A stretch of DNA of 64,000 nucleotides from NCBI GenBank assembly GCA_964016885.1, contig OZ024740.1:214520001-214584000 (forward strand). Reading direction: 5' to 3'. Shown here piece after piece: positions 60,943 through 64,000 of this stretch (position 1 is its first letter; every line of letters starts with the position of its first letter). The translations under genes and the position numbers were made by a program. The notes under the pieces are model-generated. The model was given only the letters and a program-made list of their open reading frames with translations. It made no database searches and was not told where the DNA came from. This DNA is from Eledone cirrhosa (Eukaryota).

Positions 60943-61365
60943 TATTAATAAGAGGAATTCCAACTTTGTCTGATTTACTCGTTTTATTTACAATCCTTTA
61001 AAATTTATAATGGTATTATAATGAAATAGTATGATAGAATATTAAATTCTAAGTGTTAATTGAACAAGTACTTTCATGCTTTCGCAATCTTCAGGTTCAT
61101 AATATGTGGTGACAGTCAAGTTTGCAATTTTCAACTGTTGAATATTGTAAACTTGACTGTCACCACATATTATGAACCTGAAGATTGCGAAAGCATGAAA
61201 GTACTTGTTCAATTAACACTTAGAATTTAATATTCTATCATACTATTTCATTATAATACCATTATAAATTTTAAAGGATTGTAAATAAAACGAGTAAATC
61301 AGACAAAGTTGGAATTCCTCTTATTAATATAATCTTCTATACACAATCATACACACCCGTGTATA
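60943..61365 (+). mobile_element. Near-perfect ~185-bp-arm palindrome with a hammerhead in each arm (61173-61211 +, 61061-61099 -) plus short tail
   Basis: TGAAC CTGAAGA T TGC-GAAA-GCA T GAAA GTA CTT GTTCA. Confidence 0.85.
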
Positions 61366-61369
61366 TCTA

Positions 61370-61428
<59 letters not shown>

Positions 61429-61726
61429 TCCTGTAACTCCTGATAGAATCGTAGGGGCGCCGTAGTCACGTACAGCGTTTTCTTGGGCATTTTAAGCCTG
61501 GCGGAGCCCATCCATCTCTAGGCCTGAGCACAGCAGATCTCTTCCAGAGAGAGGAAGAATCGACCCCAGTACTAGACTGGTACTTTTTTTTATCGACCTC
61601 GAAAGGATGAAAGGCAAAGTTGACCCCGGCGGGATTTGAACTGAGAGAGTAGCGAGCCGGAACGAATACCATAAAGCATTCAATCCGTCATTCTAACGTC
61701 TCTGCCAATTCACCGCCTTATGAAAA

Positions 61727-62225
61727 AAAAATGAAACGAAATTTCATTTTATATATATATATATATAAAATGAAATCTCGTTTCATTTTCTTTTCCGTTT
61801 ATCGTTTTCGGTGCACCCGGCCGATTAACCCACTCGATATGCAAATTGGCCTACTCAGCCGTTAATATGCCTAAGGTAAGTATATACGTTCAACAATCTG
61901 GCAGGAAGGTATACGTTGCTGACGATAGCTAATAAGCTTGAAACTAGTACAGCGTTCCTTTGTCAGTGTTGAACAAACGAGCAACGATGTTTGCTAGACA
62001 CTACGGCTTAATACGGGATGTTTGTTTACAAACACACCGAGCATTATAATAAATGTTCGGTGAATCCATACGTACATATATATATCTGTGTGCATGTATG
62101 TATATATATATACATACTACTGTACGTCTGTATACAGTATATGTATGTACGTGTACATACTTATATTTAAGTAACAGCCGTACTAGGAGTGGGAAATGAA
62201 ATTTCGTTTCATTTTTTCCGTTTAT
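61727..62225 (+). mobile_element. About 426-bp hammerhead-bearing unit with terminal redundancy (hammerhead 61913-61955)
   Basis: AAATGAAAT(C/T)TCGTTTCATTTT at 61768 and 62194; same family as 54632-55020. Confidence 0.8.
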
Positions 62226-62264
62226 ATATATATATTTATATATATATATACGTATATATATATA

Positions 62265-62570
62265 TAACTGATAACTTTGATAGGTTTCGACCAGTATTGG
62301 CCCAGGCCATGTCTAACTTAATAGCACCACCTGGCGAAGTCTTACAAATCAGTGTTTGGGCACCATGGCCCACTCGAGCAGAGAGTTATTGTTTACGGAG
62401 GCATATCCGGGTGTAGGAGGCTTATCCGGGATTTCTTGAAGGAATTTATCCAAAGACTTCTTGAACTTGATGGGGTCTGTCTCTGCTTTGATGTGTTTTG
62501 GTGTAATGTTAAAGAGTGCAGGGCCAATTGAGGTGAAATAATTGTGTCGTATTGTTGTTATTTGATGCGA
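62265..62570 (-). mobile_element. 3' fragment of a CR1-like LINE
   Basis: GPALFN..P....FKKSLDKFLQEIPDKP..GY...NSL C-terminal motif and 3' UTR; clade uncertain. Confidence 0.65.
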
Positions 62571-62654
62571 GTGGGATATATATATATATATATATATATA
62601 CTCTTTTACCTGTTTCAGCCATCCGGCTGAGGCCATATATACGTATATATACGT

Positions 62655-63275
62655 ATATATGAATGTATATATAGTGTATTTTGCAATACACTGTATGCTT
62701 AATTAAAAGCATTTCGAAGACCTTATGCTATTGTTTTAGAGTAGTGACAGTCTCACTTACTTTAAATTTCAGCAAACAGGGGAGATAAAGCTGACAGGGT
62801 CCTGTTTCGCATTTATTGATGCTTATCAAAGCCAACTACTCCTCCTGTTTGCTGAAATCATGGATGTTTGGTTCTTATAGAATTCTAGTAAATAATCAGG
62901 AATTGATTATACCGAGCGGTTGCCGGTCAAGCAGAAATTGAAAATTAAAATTGGTGCTCTGAAATAGCTATATATATATGAATGTATATATAGTGTATTT
63001 TGTAATACACTGTATGCTTAATTAAAAGCATTTCGAAGACCTTATGCTATTGTTTTAGAGTAGTGACACACTCACTTTAATTTTCAGCAAACAGGGCCCT
63101 GTCAGCTTTATCTCCCCTGTTTGCTGAAAATTAAAGTAAGTGAGTACGTCACTACTCTAAAACAATGGCATAAGGTCTTCGAAATGCTTTTAATTAAGCA
63201 TACAGTGTATTGCAAAATACAATATATATACATTCATATATATATAGCTATTTCAGAGCACCAATTCTAATTTTT
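62655..63275. mobile_element. 319-bp unit with partial tandem and inverted copy, carrying a variant hammerhead (62789-62833 -)
   Basis: GAATGTATATATAGTG at 62661 and 62980; inversion near 63095. Confidence 0.8.
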
Positions 63276-63279
63276 ATAC

Positions 63280-63347
<68 letters not shown>

Positions 63348-63486
63348 TAAATGTATATATATTTATTGAGTTAGGAACTCAAAATAGTCTCTTACAACAA
63401 AATACCTCTAAGAAAGAGATATTTCTGAGCCGTATATTATGATAGAATATAAAAGCGAAGCGAACACACATATATAGATATATGTA

Positions 63487-63534
<48 letters not shown>

Positions 63535-63535
63535 C

Positions 63536-63571
<36 letters not shown>

Positions 63572-63662
63572 CGAAGGAAATGTGGTAAGGAACCAGGTGG
63601 ACCATAACGCACCAAAGTACTCAATACTTGAGGTAGTAGAGTGGGTAATAGGAACCAGTAAG

Positions 63663-63756
63663 ACCCCGACAGCTGAGCTCAAGCCGTTTCGACGGCTAAT
63701 TCTGGACTAAATGAAAATTTATCCTGGTATTTAAATAGCCGATCATCTCAAGGGGT
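63663..63756 (-). ncRNA. Hammerhead-like motif with variant core
   Basis: ACCCC TTGAGAT GA-CGGCTA...TAGCCG-TC GAAA CGGCT-loop-AGCT GTC GGGGT. Confidence 0.55.
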
Positions 63757-63838
63757 AATTCCATATATGGTCAAAGTGATTGTCATATATATATATATAT
63801 ATATACATATACGTATATATATATATATATATACATAC

Positions 63839-63908
<70 letters not shown>

Positions 63909-64000
63909 GTGTATATACTTCCCTGTATGTGCCAAATTAATGATGAGAGAATATGCATATATATTTAATTCTATTTTTTTAATTTCTAACCAAAGTCAAA

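Overview
Repeat-dominated, AT-rich eukaryotic DNA with no confidently identifiable host gene. The SINE families and microsatellite load suggest an octopod cephalopod (inference). Contents: two decayed Tx1/L1-clade LINEs (APE+RT); three R4/Dong LINEs (RT+RLE) in (TAA)n; a Penelope-like element (RT+GIY-YIG, Naiad-like) with an inverted pseudo-LTR; RTE/CR1 3' fragments; tRNA-SINEs; mariner/Tc1 relics; a non-autonomous Helitron; and many micro/minisatellites. Two things stand out. (1) Both diverged Tx1 elements carry a perfect AG|GTAAGT splice donor overlapping the ORF1 stop. The first downstream AG gives an in-frame ORF1-ORF2 fusion in both, and in the complete copy an acceptor at the ORF2 stop would excise all of ORF2 and regenerate the ORF1 C-terminus. 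(2) About 16 type-I hammerhead ribozyme motifs from roughly ten small non-coding families sit in (TA)n, including tandem retrozyme-like units sharing an octamer motif and U3:A8 core variants. All structures were read by eye and need computational or experimental confirmation.
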